From positions 1 through 64,000 of the forward strand of contig UYFQ01000056.1 of assembly GCA_900617105.1 (NCBI GenBank): a stretch of 64,000 nt of DNA, in the 5' to 3' direction. Of the stretch, positions 36,739 to 46,933 are shown piece after piece. The notes under the pieces were generated by a model that was not told the DNA's origin, made no database searches, and saw only the letters and a program-made list of their open reading frames with translations. The first letter of the stretch is position 1. Each line of letters begins with the position of its first letter. Made by a program: the position numbers and the translations under genes. This DNA comes from Hydrurus foetidus. Taxonomy: Eukaryota.

Positions 36739-37277
36739 TCACAGTTTCCAAGCCGCGACGAAGGGACTCGTCATCATCAAACCTTGAAACTTTATTGACG
36801 CTCCCATAATGTTTGCTTTCAGAAGGCTAGTGGCTCCCACTGCTGGCCGATTCTCTTTGTGTTCAAAATCATTTAGTTCGCTTGTTCCGGCTGCAGCCGC
36901 TCCAAGTTCTGAATTAGTGACAATCCCTGAAATTGTGAAGGTGAACAAAGTATTTCTTTCATCAGCCAGTTGACGACATTTTGGATGAATTACACTCAGT
37001 CGGAATTTGCCGACTGTGTAATCGACGATCGTGATTCCCACTTGACGAAATGATATTGAAGGCGATGAACACTGATTTTTCAAAGCTGACATAGCTCGCA
37101 CAGAGCTTGCTGAACTCGTATTTCTTCTTGCACTGAGTTGTTTTTGATAGATTACGTCTATCTGGTGGATAAAAGAATTGGATAGTTAATGAGAGGGTCC
37201 AGTCATCATCATATATATGCGACACGAGCAGCAATCATGAAGATAATTCTCACTGATAGCACGGCTTTTCTCTTCAT
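36739..37277 (-). CDS. Hypothetical protein, model uncertain
   Basis: Possible ATG exon (MKRKAVLS|GTGAG) spliced to ORF 36739-37101. No recognisable domain. Confidence 0.25.
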
Positions 37278-37529
37278 GTTCTCGGTTGTGCTATCTCTTC
37301 TTTAAAGAGCAACTTTCGGAATCTTCGTCCACTGACTGAAGTTATGAGCTGAACGAAGTTCCTAAATAATTAGTAGTCAAATCGTGACGTGTTCTCTTGG
37401 CGGCAACTGATAGATCCTATAATTAGGAACATGCATATACAAAACAGCAGTTGCCTCTTCCTTCTTTCTAACCCCTCGTATCTCTCTGATTTCCCTTTAT
37501 TCGCCTTTTTTATTTTCATCTCTTCACAG

Positions 37530-39240
37530 CCATCATTCTCGGCAGTGAGACATCCTTTTCCTATCGACGGTGAGCCACTAAGGGACTCACCAGCGACTAT
37601 TCAAGATCTTTTCGCTGTCGTGGAGTTCTCAGGAACACAATTTAAAGTCACAGTGGTGAGATAATGAAGTGCGTTGTATTGGAGATTTATCTACTTATTT
37701 ATTTAGTTTTTTTGCTGTACGAATCAAGTTTGATAAGGGTAGCATCGACTTTTAGATAAAATGCTAACGATTTTAATGCAAGTTATCTACCCGTATATAT
37801 TATGTTAAAAAAACCGACACTTCCAACTGATAATATTTGTCTTGTCGAATTCTACTTTTTGTTTTGATCATATTTAGACTTTCATTGAGGACGAACATAT
37901 GAATGTAAAACATTCAAATTCATGACTTATCAGCAGAACTAATAATCAATCCAATTAAATCAAGCTTTAAAAAGTCATGAAACAACTCTGATGAATATCA
38001 TCAATTGTAGGACGATGTTATTGTTGCCGATAAGATGCTCGGTATCGATATCGGTCAAATCCTAGATCTGTCGAAGGTAACATTCCACACATTACATTCA
38101 TTATTCATTGCGTTTAATTGAGGCTACAGTCTACCAGTGTTACAGATTTGATGATTGAATTTTACATGGTTTCAGCGAATTCTATTTTATCGTCAATTCT
38201 ATCGCACTGGTGAATTGTGGCCTCATTTGCTACTATGTTTCAGTTGGCAAATTTAACCCACTATTTGGCTTTCAAAATGAATGGATATTCTTCTCACCGT
38301 TTTTATATCTGAACTATTCCATTAACAGCAGTAATTTAACAAATTTAGAATCTTAAAAAATGTTCACTGAAGTACTCCAACTTTCATTATATCATCTTCA
38401 ATTTTTTCGTTTTTCATTTTTTTCACTTCCACTATTTCTCTTTTCACATTTTTCACTTTTTTCATATTCATTGATTTCACCATTTGACTTAAGGTCCTGT
38501 TGGTGGGGTCCAAAAAAGCCACAGTCATTGGCAGACCATACGTGGATGGCGCGCAGGTAGTTTTCATATTTTGTATATGTCTATGTTCATGTGTTAGGAT
38601 ATAATTGTCGACTCAGCTCCTAGGATCATAATGATCAATTACACCGTAGAACTAAAAAGTAGCAAATCATGTGCTAGGGGGAGGGGTGAGAGTAAGAGTT
38701 CTGAACCGAACTCTTCCTAACTTACTCTGATTTCAACCTCTTTCCTATGACGATGGTTGTCGTCATTCGTACGTTGATGAATCGCCATGAGCTAGGCACA
38801 GCCATTCCTTTCTTTTTATGTTTCTATAACCGTGTTTCGCGTTATTCGTCGTCCAGTTATGTTGTGTCTAGTTGCTACTCCTTTCACACTGATAGGGTCA
38901 ACCTTAGTCACGTGTTCTTTTCTTCCTTCTATCTCCATTACCTTCGCTCACCCTTACTCTTTATCTTAATCTTCTTGCCTCTATTCCTTCCCCTCACTCT
39001 CACTCTCCGATCATTTTCTCTCTCACTCTCACTTTCCACTCCTTTTCTCTCCTCAACGCATAGGTGATAGTAGCGGTTGAGGAGATGTCAAAAGACAAGA
39101 AAGTCATCATATTTAAAACAAGGAGGAGAAAACACTCCAGGAGTCTAAGAGGATTTAGAAGGGAAGTAACAGTGCTAAGAGTTGTGGACATTATTTACGG
39201 TGCCAAACTTGAGGAAGAAAATATACCATCTATTTTCTAA
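37530..39240 (+). CDS. MRPL21: Organellar (likely mitochondrial) 50S ribosomal protein bL21; first exon not resolved
   Basis: Exons give FAVVEFSGTQFKVTV / DDVIVADKM / VLLVGSKKATVIGRPYVDGAQ / EEMSKDKKVIIFKTRRRKHSRSLRGFRREVTVLRV; TAA ends at 39240. Confidence 0.88.
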
Positions 39241-39582
39241 TTTTTGTACAGTAAATTTCTCAAGTAATCGATGACAATTTTCGAAATTTTTGCATCATTT
39301 TGTCCCCTTCCAAAACTCTAAATCTGACCCCAAAATTTGAGACTTCGACAAAAAAGGAAAATCGTTATATTTATTACGGGGATAGAATGCATGCAAGTGC
39401 CACAAAAAAGTCTGACCGGAAAAAATGCTTCAATATGTCCATCTTGCTTTGATGGCAAATAAGGTTCACTTGATGCATTTACTTATCGAAATCAGCGTAG
39501 ATTACTTCATTGTGCCCTTTTCAGTAGCCCTACACGGAATAAGAACTAACGAGTTCCCTGTTCTGCGAAGTTGTTGCCAGTT

Positions 39583-39645
39583 CTTGGTCCATAACACCTT
39601 TTCAGTCTTTCACCCACAACTATTATCGAGGTGCTATGGACCAAG
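39583..39645. mobile_element. 63-bp mini inverted-repeat element with CTTGGTCC termini
   Basis: 17-bp TIR, 16/17 identical (CTTGGTCCATA[A/G]CACCT). Flanks CAGTT / AAGTT. Confidence 0.65.
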
Positions 39646-39679
39646 AAGTTACGAGGAAAGAAATTCAGTATTTCTGAGC

Positions 39680-40701
39680 ATGTAATTCAGTGTTGCATTC
39701 ACCTTGATTTCAAACGATGATGAGCCGATCGCAACTGCTGTTCAGCACAGAGCCCAGTGAGGTAGATATGAGCTCTTATTTCACAGACTCTGTGACACAA
39801 ACGACAGAGCTGAGAGCTGAATTGTCTCACTTGAGCCTGTTTCTTTGAGGCACAATGCCGATACAGTTTTTCGTGATTTGTTCAACGACTTCGAGATCTG
39901 TTTATCTGTCAAACTTTTTGGTGACTGCTTTCAGTACGAAGGAGAAGATAAAGTTTGAGGAGAAGTTAGTGCACCTGTCTCATCTTCTTGTTGATTCTAT
40001 CTTAGCGAGACTGTCCAGTTGATCTGGTCCACTTTGTTTTTACTTTCTTACTGTGCGTTGAATATATCTATGCATCATCTTGATTATCATCATATTACTC
40101 CTGAAACCTGTAGGCTGCAAATCCATAGTGAGCCATACTGGCGTCGTGCCGTTTCAGATGGAGCTATTCGAACTATATCTATTGATGGTATTTACGTCGT
40201 TTTTCAAGCTTTTGGCGAGCTAATGATTCTCATCGGTGGAGTTGATGAAGCAGATGAGCATGTTCTGGGCGAAGTTATGGAGTGTTTCAAACACGTTGCC
40301 ACGAATGTGCTAGATGGAGCTTTTGAAACGAGCGCTATTCAATCGCCCGACAAATTCTCAAAGCTCTGCGTTGGAATCGACGAAATCTTTTCTCAGGTAT
40401 TTATACTTCGATTATTTCCAACTTATCTGACATATTATGTATTATTGACATCTTAACTACTAACTTCTTCTATTAAAGACATATTCACACATCCTCTTCT
40501 TTTTACACCTGTGCACCTAGATTATGCCAATATTACTATCATTATTACTATTATTATATTATCATCATTACTATTATTAACTATTATTATTATTATTATT
40601 ATTATCATCATTATTGTTAACTATTATTATCATTTTAGGGAATCGTGGAGTGTCTAGATCCGGAAATAGTAATAAAACAAATGAAATTAAAAAATCTATG
40701 A
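39680..40701 (+). CDS. Longin-fold small adaptor subunit, TSPOON/LOLITA (TSET/TPLATE complex)-like, ~4 exons
   Basis: Spliced product VVFQAFGELMILIGGVDEADEHVLGEV...DKFSKLCVGIDEIFSQGIVECLDPEIVIKQMKLK. From memory this fits the LOLITA pattern G.DE.DE..L.EV...DK..K.C...DEI...G..E better than zeta-COP. Start is uncertain (ATG TAA). Confidence 0.65.
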
Positions 40702-41899
40702 AAATAGAAAGAGATGGAAAAGTCCTTTTCAATTGAGAACAGAAATTACGGAAATATCTGACGAAAAATACTAGAGAGACTCGACTAATTAATGCACAAC
40801 CAGGGATATTGGCAATGACAACTGAAAGAGCTTCAACCAATATTCTCTTAATCTTTTTCTTCTTACGAAGAGATTCCATGAAAAGTGAAATTATCGCATT
40901 CATTTGTCCTACTGAGCCATTTTGAAGTACATTCGGGAGGTGTTGCGATCTCTTCATGTTTTCTATGTTGTTCTATGTTTTAGACTATAGTATTGTCGAA
41001 TTCACATCTGAACAGCAATACCATTTTTTTGTCCACAAAAATGACCGCTGAGATCAGCGACTCTCACTCTATATTCGTTGAATAGGCTTCAAGAAAATCC
41101 TGAAAAGTGTTTTTTGTTCTGAATTCTACAATATTCACTTCGCTCCGTGTCTGTGCTATTGTGCGAAATTGCTGATGTAGTGCGTGCGTCTCTCACTACA
41201 CGAACTCCAATGTAACGAAAGTTGGTGCCTCGAACTGCTCACCTGAGATATATTCTCATTGACTCTAAATAAATGTATTTAGTTTACAGTCTGTACGTGA
41301 CTTTCTCACATGACCTGGGATCGATGGAACACAGTCTGTATCGTCTGTGCGTTGTACCGTGTGTGCTTGCCGTATGGACGGTACTAGAGGCAGCATCTAC
41401 AGTTACTATGGTATAGTGCAGTACAGCTTAGGTCAGTACAGTGCAGTGTGTAGAGCTGCGAAGACGTGACTGCCATATTCCTATCGTCCATCAATCACGG
41501 ACGAGACAAACAGATACTGTCCAGCCCACAAGAAACTCAAAATATAATTAATCAAATACTTTCAAACATACATCGCATATTGTATACAAATACAGGCTAG
41601 ACTACTTTTTTAGTGACTCACTGAAGCAACATCATCATTGTGGACAATCATCATAAAATACATCGTGTGCACTTCGTCACTCTTGCTTTTCGTGCATTAA
41701 GGCGTGGTATCCACTTTTTCCAGTATAATGACCGGTATGCTTAAATAATGTAATATCTATCTACCATGCTCCTCAGATACATTCTTGTGTACAGACTACT
41801 GTAGATACGGGTAATATCCATGCAGCTCCGCCGTGGTTACAGAAAGAGGTGAAGTGCCACTATGTAAGCCTGTAATAGGAAACAGCGCTGGATCTCATA

Positions 41900-43639
41900 T
41901 TAGAAGTGGAAAATAATGTCTTTGCCAGCGCTTTCGAGCTCGAGTTCAGTGGGCGACATCTGCTGACTCTCGATGGGTGTAGGTGATTCTTGGTCAGAGG
42001 AGTTGATCGGCCTCTGACAGCTTAAGCACTGCAACTGGGTGAGGTGCATCATCGTTCATTTTAAAAGCAGTCAAAGCATGCATCACAATGAAATTCAAAA
42101 CCATCCAATCATGCGCACCTGTCGAACACATTTATATGTTGTGTGGCAGAAACAAGCAGCTATGATTGTCAGAATCGGTGATACCGATGCTGTGCAGCTG
42201 AGGTTGGGGAGAAAAAATGAGCATGAACTGAATTAAATAGCGTCGATGTCGATATACTGACTACATGACAGAAAAAAAGAAAAAGTAGTAAGTAAGAAAG
42301 GACTGAAAAAAGGAATGAAAAAAATCCTGAAAGAAAAGAAAGTAAGAGAGGATAAGGCAAGTGAGAGAGAAGGAGAGGTAGTGACCAATGCTGCATTTAC
42401 CTTAAGTCCAACTTGCCATCTACCGAGAAGTAAAACATGAATAAGGTGACGATGCAACAAGCGTGTAGAAGCGCTCTCAGATGTGCCCGCTCGAACACCC
42501 CTCTTGTAAATGATGAGTGGGTAAAGGAAATCTCTCTTGAGAATAAAAGGCACTGAACTACTTTCTATGAAATGCAGTCAAATAGCTGTAAACATCACCT
42601 GGTTCAGGCTCGGAAGTGTCAGGCATCAGCCTTGAACAAGCTAATAGGGTCTCAAATATTAGTAGCATGCTTTCCATGACCAAAAGAATTAAAACATCAT
42701 TTTGAGTCCTCAGCCCTCTCTCTCCGTTCAACTTGACCGTGAATGTAACAATGATCGCCAATGCAAGCCATGTTATACACAGGTGCAATTCTACAAAGCA
42801 CATGGCTAGAAACAAATACATCGGTATGTGAACGATTCCCCAATTCATTGATCCCAAAGACATCTGAAGCACGAAGAGAATAACTTGAAAGATTGCCATC
42901 ACAACTACGAGGTACAAATACCCCCAAAATTCAGGCTCCGGATTGAGAGGAGTCGTTTCTTCTATTTCCCACATTTTATAAAGAATGCTGATGTTGGTGG
43001 ATTCCTGGATGTACAGTTACAGACAATGGGTGTTACATGATCTGTGAATACTTTCATACAGCTTCGCTACTGACTCACCTTCGCGAGAAAGACACGCGCC
43101 AATGAGAATACGGTAGTACAATAAAAAAAGAGGAGCTCTAACGGGATTGCACAAACTCAAAGTGGTGAATCTGAGCCGTCAAAATGCTGAGCGAAGAGAA
43201 GAACCGCGAGGAATAGTAACAAAAACGACAATGGGGCGGTCAAAGGGAGCACAATCACATCTAGCGAATGTCTTACACATCGCTTTGCAGCCTCAATTTC
43301 AGGAATACTATCCATCGATACTGCTCTTCCCCTTGCTATTCTCAGCTCATGCAGCATGGATCTAGCGCATTTCTCCTTTGCAGATTGATGGCACAACGCG
43401 CGGTCGTCAGCGGTCCGATAGTTTGTCATCGCGAGACCGAATGCTCCATTCACATCCTCATATGGCAACGAATAGATTCTCTTCCCTAAATCGATCCACA
43501 AATTGGAGGTCATAATTGAGAGGAAAAACATTTTGAAGGCGACCGATGCGGAACATAGATCACGTGTAGGCAAATAAGGAAATATGCTGTCCACAAAGAT
43601 ATGCTCCCAAACACCACCAATGAGGAGCTCATGACTCAT
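41900..43639 (-). CDS. F-box protein with multi-pass transmembrane C-terminus, ~5 exons; in-frame TGA at 43157-43159
   Basis: N-terminal F-box (IFPYLPTRDLCSASVAFK...NLW) followed by hydrophobic helices. The frame continues past the TGA to a GTGAGT donor and splices in phase to later exons. TAA at 41900-41902. Confidence 0.7.
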
Positions 43640-43896
43640 GACTGTTGCAGCAAAGTAAGCACTTGGTTATCTTCATCAATCCGCAGTCGCGGAAGTGGGC
43701 CCCACAACTTACCCTACTTTTTTTTTTCACTCTGTCGAGCAGTCTAGGATTCGCTCTTCAGATGAGTTGCTCTCCGAGTTCCCGTCTTCGTTCTGTTACT
43801 TTACGGTTACTGCATTACAGCGAACCTATTACCAGACAGAGCACAGAGCAGAATAAAGCTGCGTAGGGGCATAGGGCATAGGCGAAGACTCAAATA

Positions 43897-44377
43897 CCGT
43901 CAAGTGCCTCTTTAATTGTATCGAGATGGGAAAAATGGAATTTCAACCCCTTTTTTTAACGCTGAGAAACACTGAAAAAAAGCGAAATTCGGACACGGAA
44001 AAAAAAAGAAGCGAAATACGGAAAATCTATCTCAGCCAATATAGATTTTCATCAAAATCTTTTTTGCGATTCGGATTCAGCGCACTTTTTTAAGTAAGAT
44101 TGCTCATTTCAAAATTTTCTGGCACATTCATAGTTTGAAATATTTTGGTTCCCGCGCGTCGAGAATGAGAAATTGTCATTTTTGACGACAAATTGTAGCT
44201 TAAGTAGCGCTCGGACAAGAATGCTGTCATATAATTTCTTGCGCAGAATGTTCGGATTAGTCTGGTTCATTGAACTCGTTTCAACGAGATTAAGTGTGTC
44301 AGAAAAGGTTCCTTAAAATATGCATATTTGGTCGTTTTTGGCCAAAACCGGAATACAATTAAAGAGGCACTTGACGG
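43897..44377. mobile_element. Tc1/mariner (pogo-like) MITE
   Basis: Perfect 25-bp TIR CCGTCAAGTGCCTCTTTAATTGTAT; TA on both sides. Confidence 0.9.
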
Positions 44378-44521
44378 TATAACGGACAACTTTAAAAACG
44401 GAATCAAAACTATTTTCGACGAATCAAAGACTTTAATGAGAGAATGAAGACTATTTTAGAGAAGTGGCGACTTTTTCAGACAACTTACACCCTTATAATC
44501 TGCGTTCGCCCAAAGGTATTA

Positions 44522-45084
44522 CCGTAGCAGAATAAAATGTCTGCATTTCGTGCCCAAAACTCAAACAGCTCCGGTAACGTCCAAATCACCCCACACCATA
44601 CTAAAAAAGCAAAAAATCTGGGGAACCTTCCTCTTTTTAATTTTTAGTATGGTGTGGGCTCCGTTTTTGACCATGCCACACACACTTTTGAGTTGGATTT
44701 TGGACACGAAAAGCAGACTTAGGCCACTCCTTATGGTGTCGGATTTCAAGGAAAGTTGGAATCGGATTTCGGTTTTTGAAATCCAATTCTGACTTTTTCG
44801 ATTTCCGACGCGGTCTCTGTCGGATTTTAGGCGTATTTTCTTACAAAGTCGGCGTCGGAAATCGAAAAAGTCAGAATTGGATTTGTCGAAATGATTCCAA
44901 CTAAATCCGACACCATAAGGGTTCCTTAACCAGAAAAATGGAATTTTTGGGGTGCACGGACGGATCTTGGGGTAGGGAATTTTTTTCACTCCATACTAAT
45001 TTCCTCGAATTACTTGGTAGAAATTCCACCACGGGCCCCCAAAATTCACTAAAAGGGCCTAAGATACATTTTCTTCTGTTACGG
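44522..45084. mobile_element. Tc1/mariner (pogo-like) MITE, second family
   Basis: 19-bp TIR CCGTA[G/A]CAGAA[T/G]AAAATGT; TA on both sides; internal inverted repeats. Confidence 0.8.
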
Positions 45085-45514
45085 TAATATGGGACTTTGT
45101 TGGATATAGCATAGCTATCCCTATGGGGACAATCCCTTTGGGGAATTCCCTTTGGGTAATATCATTCAAGCCCAAGTGGAGGAGCGAGGGTAGCGCTCAC
45201 AGACCCGAGACCATCACTCAAACTGTACTGAAAGTTGCAACTGATGATGACAGTGAACAGCCAACTGTAGCTAGTATAGCTAGCCATGAACTGCTATGTT
45301 TTGACACAATGAGCACTTCTAATTAAAAGAGACTATATGGCTGTGTGCCATTATACCTACACTAGAGTGAGCTGTTGAAGCGACCTTGGTCGACTAGCTG
45401 AAAGCAAAGTGTGTTCTAAACGAATCACTGCTATCAACCAGGTGCTTTGACTGGATCCAGGATCCAAAAGACAGCCTTATTCCAAGATAATTAGAAGCCG
45501 CTAGCTAGCTCAGA

Positions 45515-46933
45515 ATGAGTCAGCGAGGCGAGAAAGGCGCTGCCCAATCGAAATCCGAGAAGGGTGAAAAGCGCGAAAGTTCAGCAATCACAGATGGCTT
45601 GAGGCCAGAAAGTTTGCCTGAGATAACCCACAACGGGTGGAAAGAGTGGGACGACATGATGTTGAAACTGAAAGAGTACATGAGAATCAACTTTCAGGAC
45701 CTCCAGACCATCTGTCCAGACCCCATGCTGCTCACCATTAGACCTGCCTACAAGGTCTACGATTTCAAACCACCCAACTTCACATTGCTGGAATCCTTCA
45801 CTGAAATCACGGATCCGAAGGGATATCGAGCAAAGATGATGATGAATGACATCAATACCGACAGAGCATTAGTGAACAAAAGGAGAATGCAGCAGATGGA
45901 TGACCGTGAATCGGCATACCGCCTGATTCGTACGATGTGTTCACCATCGCTCAACGCGATCCTGACAGTGAAAGCGGAATTCATAGCAGTCGAACTCGAC
46001 GATCCACTTAAACTACTTGAAGTTATCAAGTCAGTTGTTACATCAAGATGTGATGGTAATCAGGAATTCGAGCGGTCCCAGGCCCTACGGGACTGGTACA
46101 CGCTGACTATGAGTACGGGTGAAGACATCGTACCGTACGGACGACGTGCGGTCAAGCTTTTCGATCGACTCGCTGCAACAGGAGTACCGGAAGCGCAGAT
46201 TCCAAATGCTGTCCAACAAGCGACAAAGCTAATTGAGGGGTTGAGTAGTACCTCACAGGTCTATCATGACTACAAGAACTATCTCAGCAATTATTTGGAG
46301 TGCAACAAGATTGACATTTATCCGAAGACCCTGATGGAAGCCATCAACGGAGCAACTAGATTCCATCGTGGGGTAAAGGGTAGTGCATTACAATCAGCGA
46401 TAGTGACTCACCAAACGGCACTTGCAGCAAAGAACCTCACGAAACCGGGCGGTCCCCAAAGGGCGAAAAACCACCCGCTAAAGAAAAGGCCAAGAAGATT
46501 AACCCGGCAAAGATTAAAGAGCCGAAAGTGTCCTTTGCTAAAGATACAAAGGAGGGCAAGTTCAGTGGGATTTGTTACCACTGTGGAAAAGCAGGTCATC
46601 GTGCTAGTGAGTGCAGAAAGAAGGCCGCCGGAGAGCCTCCTTCAGCCCCAAAAACATCAATGTCGGCGAGGAGACAAACTGAGGAAGATGACCCCAGTGC
46701 TCAAGGAGATGTCTACACTGCTTTTGGCCAAATGTGGGATCAAGAGGTTAACGAGAATGAACATGGCGACAGGCACTGTAGCGTGTGCTATACCACCACA
46801 CCGGTGGAAGTCGCAACCCTCGGTCCTCGGACCGATTTTTCTGCAAACCGTAACATCAACCAACATAGTACCTCCGAGGCCATCTTTGACACTGGAGCTA
46901 CTGGCACCATCATTACATGTGCGGATGTTCTGA
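45515..46933 (+). CDS. Copia-B Gag ORF (zero frame)
   Basis: 472-aa ORF starting 27 nt after the LTR. LTMSTGEDIVPY major-homology-like motif. Overlaps the pol frame from 46384. Confidence 0.8.
   Translation: MSQRGEKGAAQSKSEKGEKRESSAITDGLRPESLPEITHNGWKEWDDMMLKLKEYMRINFQDLQTICPDPMLLTIRPAYKVYDFKPPNFTLLESFTEITDPKGYRAKMMMNDINTDRALVNKRRMQQMDDRESAYRLIRTMCSPSLNAILTVKAEFIAVELDDPLKLLEVIKSVVTSRCDGNQEFERSQALRDWYTLTMSTGEDIVPYGRRAVKLFDRLAATGVPEAQIPNAVQQATKLIEGLSSTSQVYHDYKNYLSNYLECNKIDIYPKTLMEAINGATRFHRGVKGSALQSAIVTHQTALAAKNLTKPGGPQRAKNHPLKKRPRRLTRQRLKSRKCPLLKIQRRASSVGFVTTVEKQVIVLVSAERRPPESLLQPQKHQCRRGDKLRKMTPVLKEMSTLLLAKCGIKRLTRMNMATGTVACAIPPHRWKSQPSVLGPIFLQTVTSTNIVPPRPSLTLELLAPSLHVRMF

Noticed and set aside
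46373..46427. GTAAAG...CTCAC...TTGCAG intron joining Copia-B gag to pol
   Set aside because: Removing these 55 nt lands in the third frame, not the pol frame.
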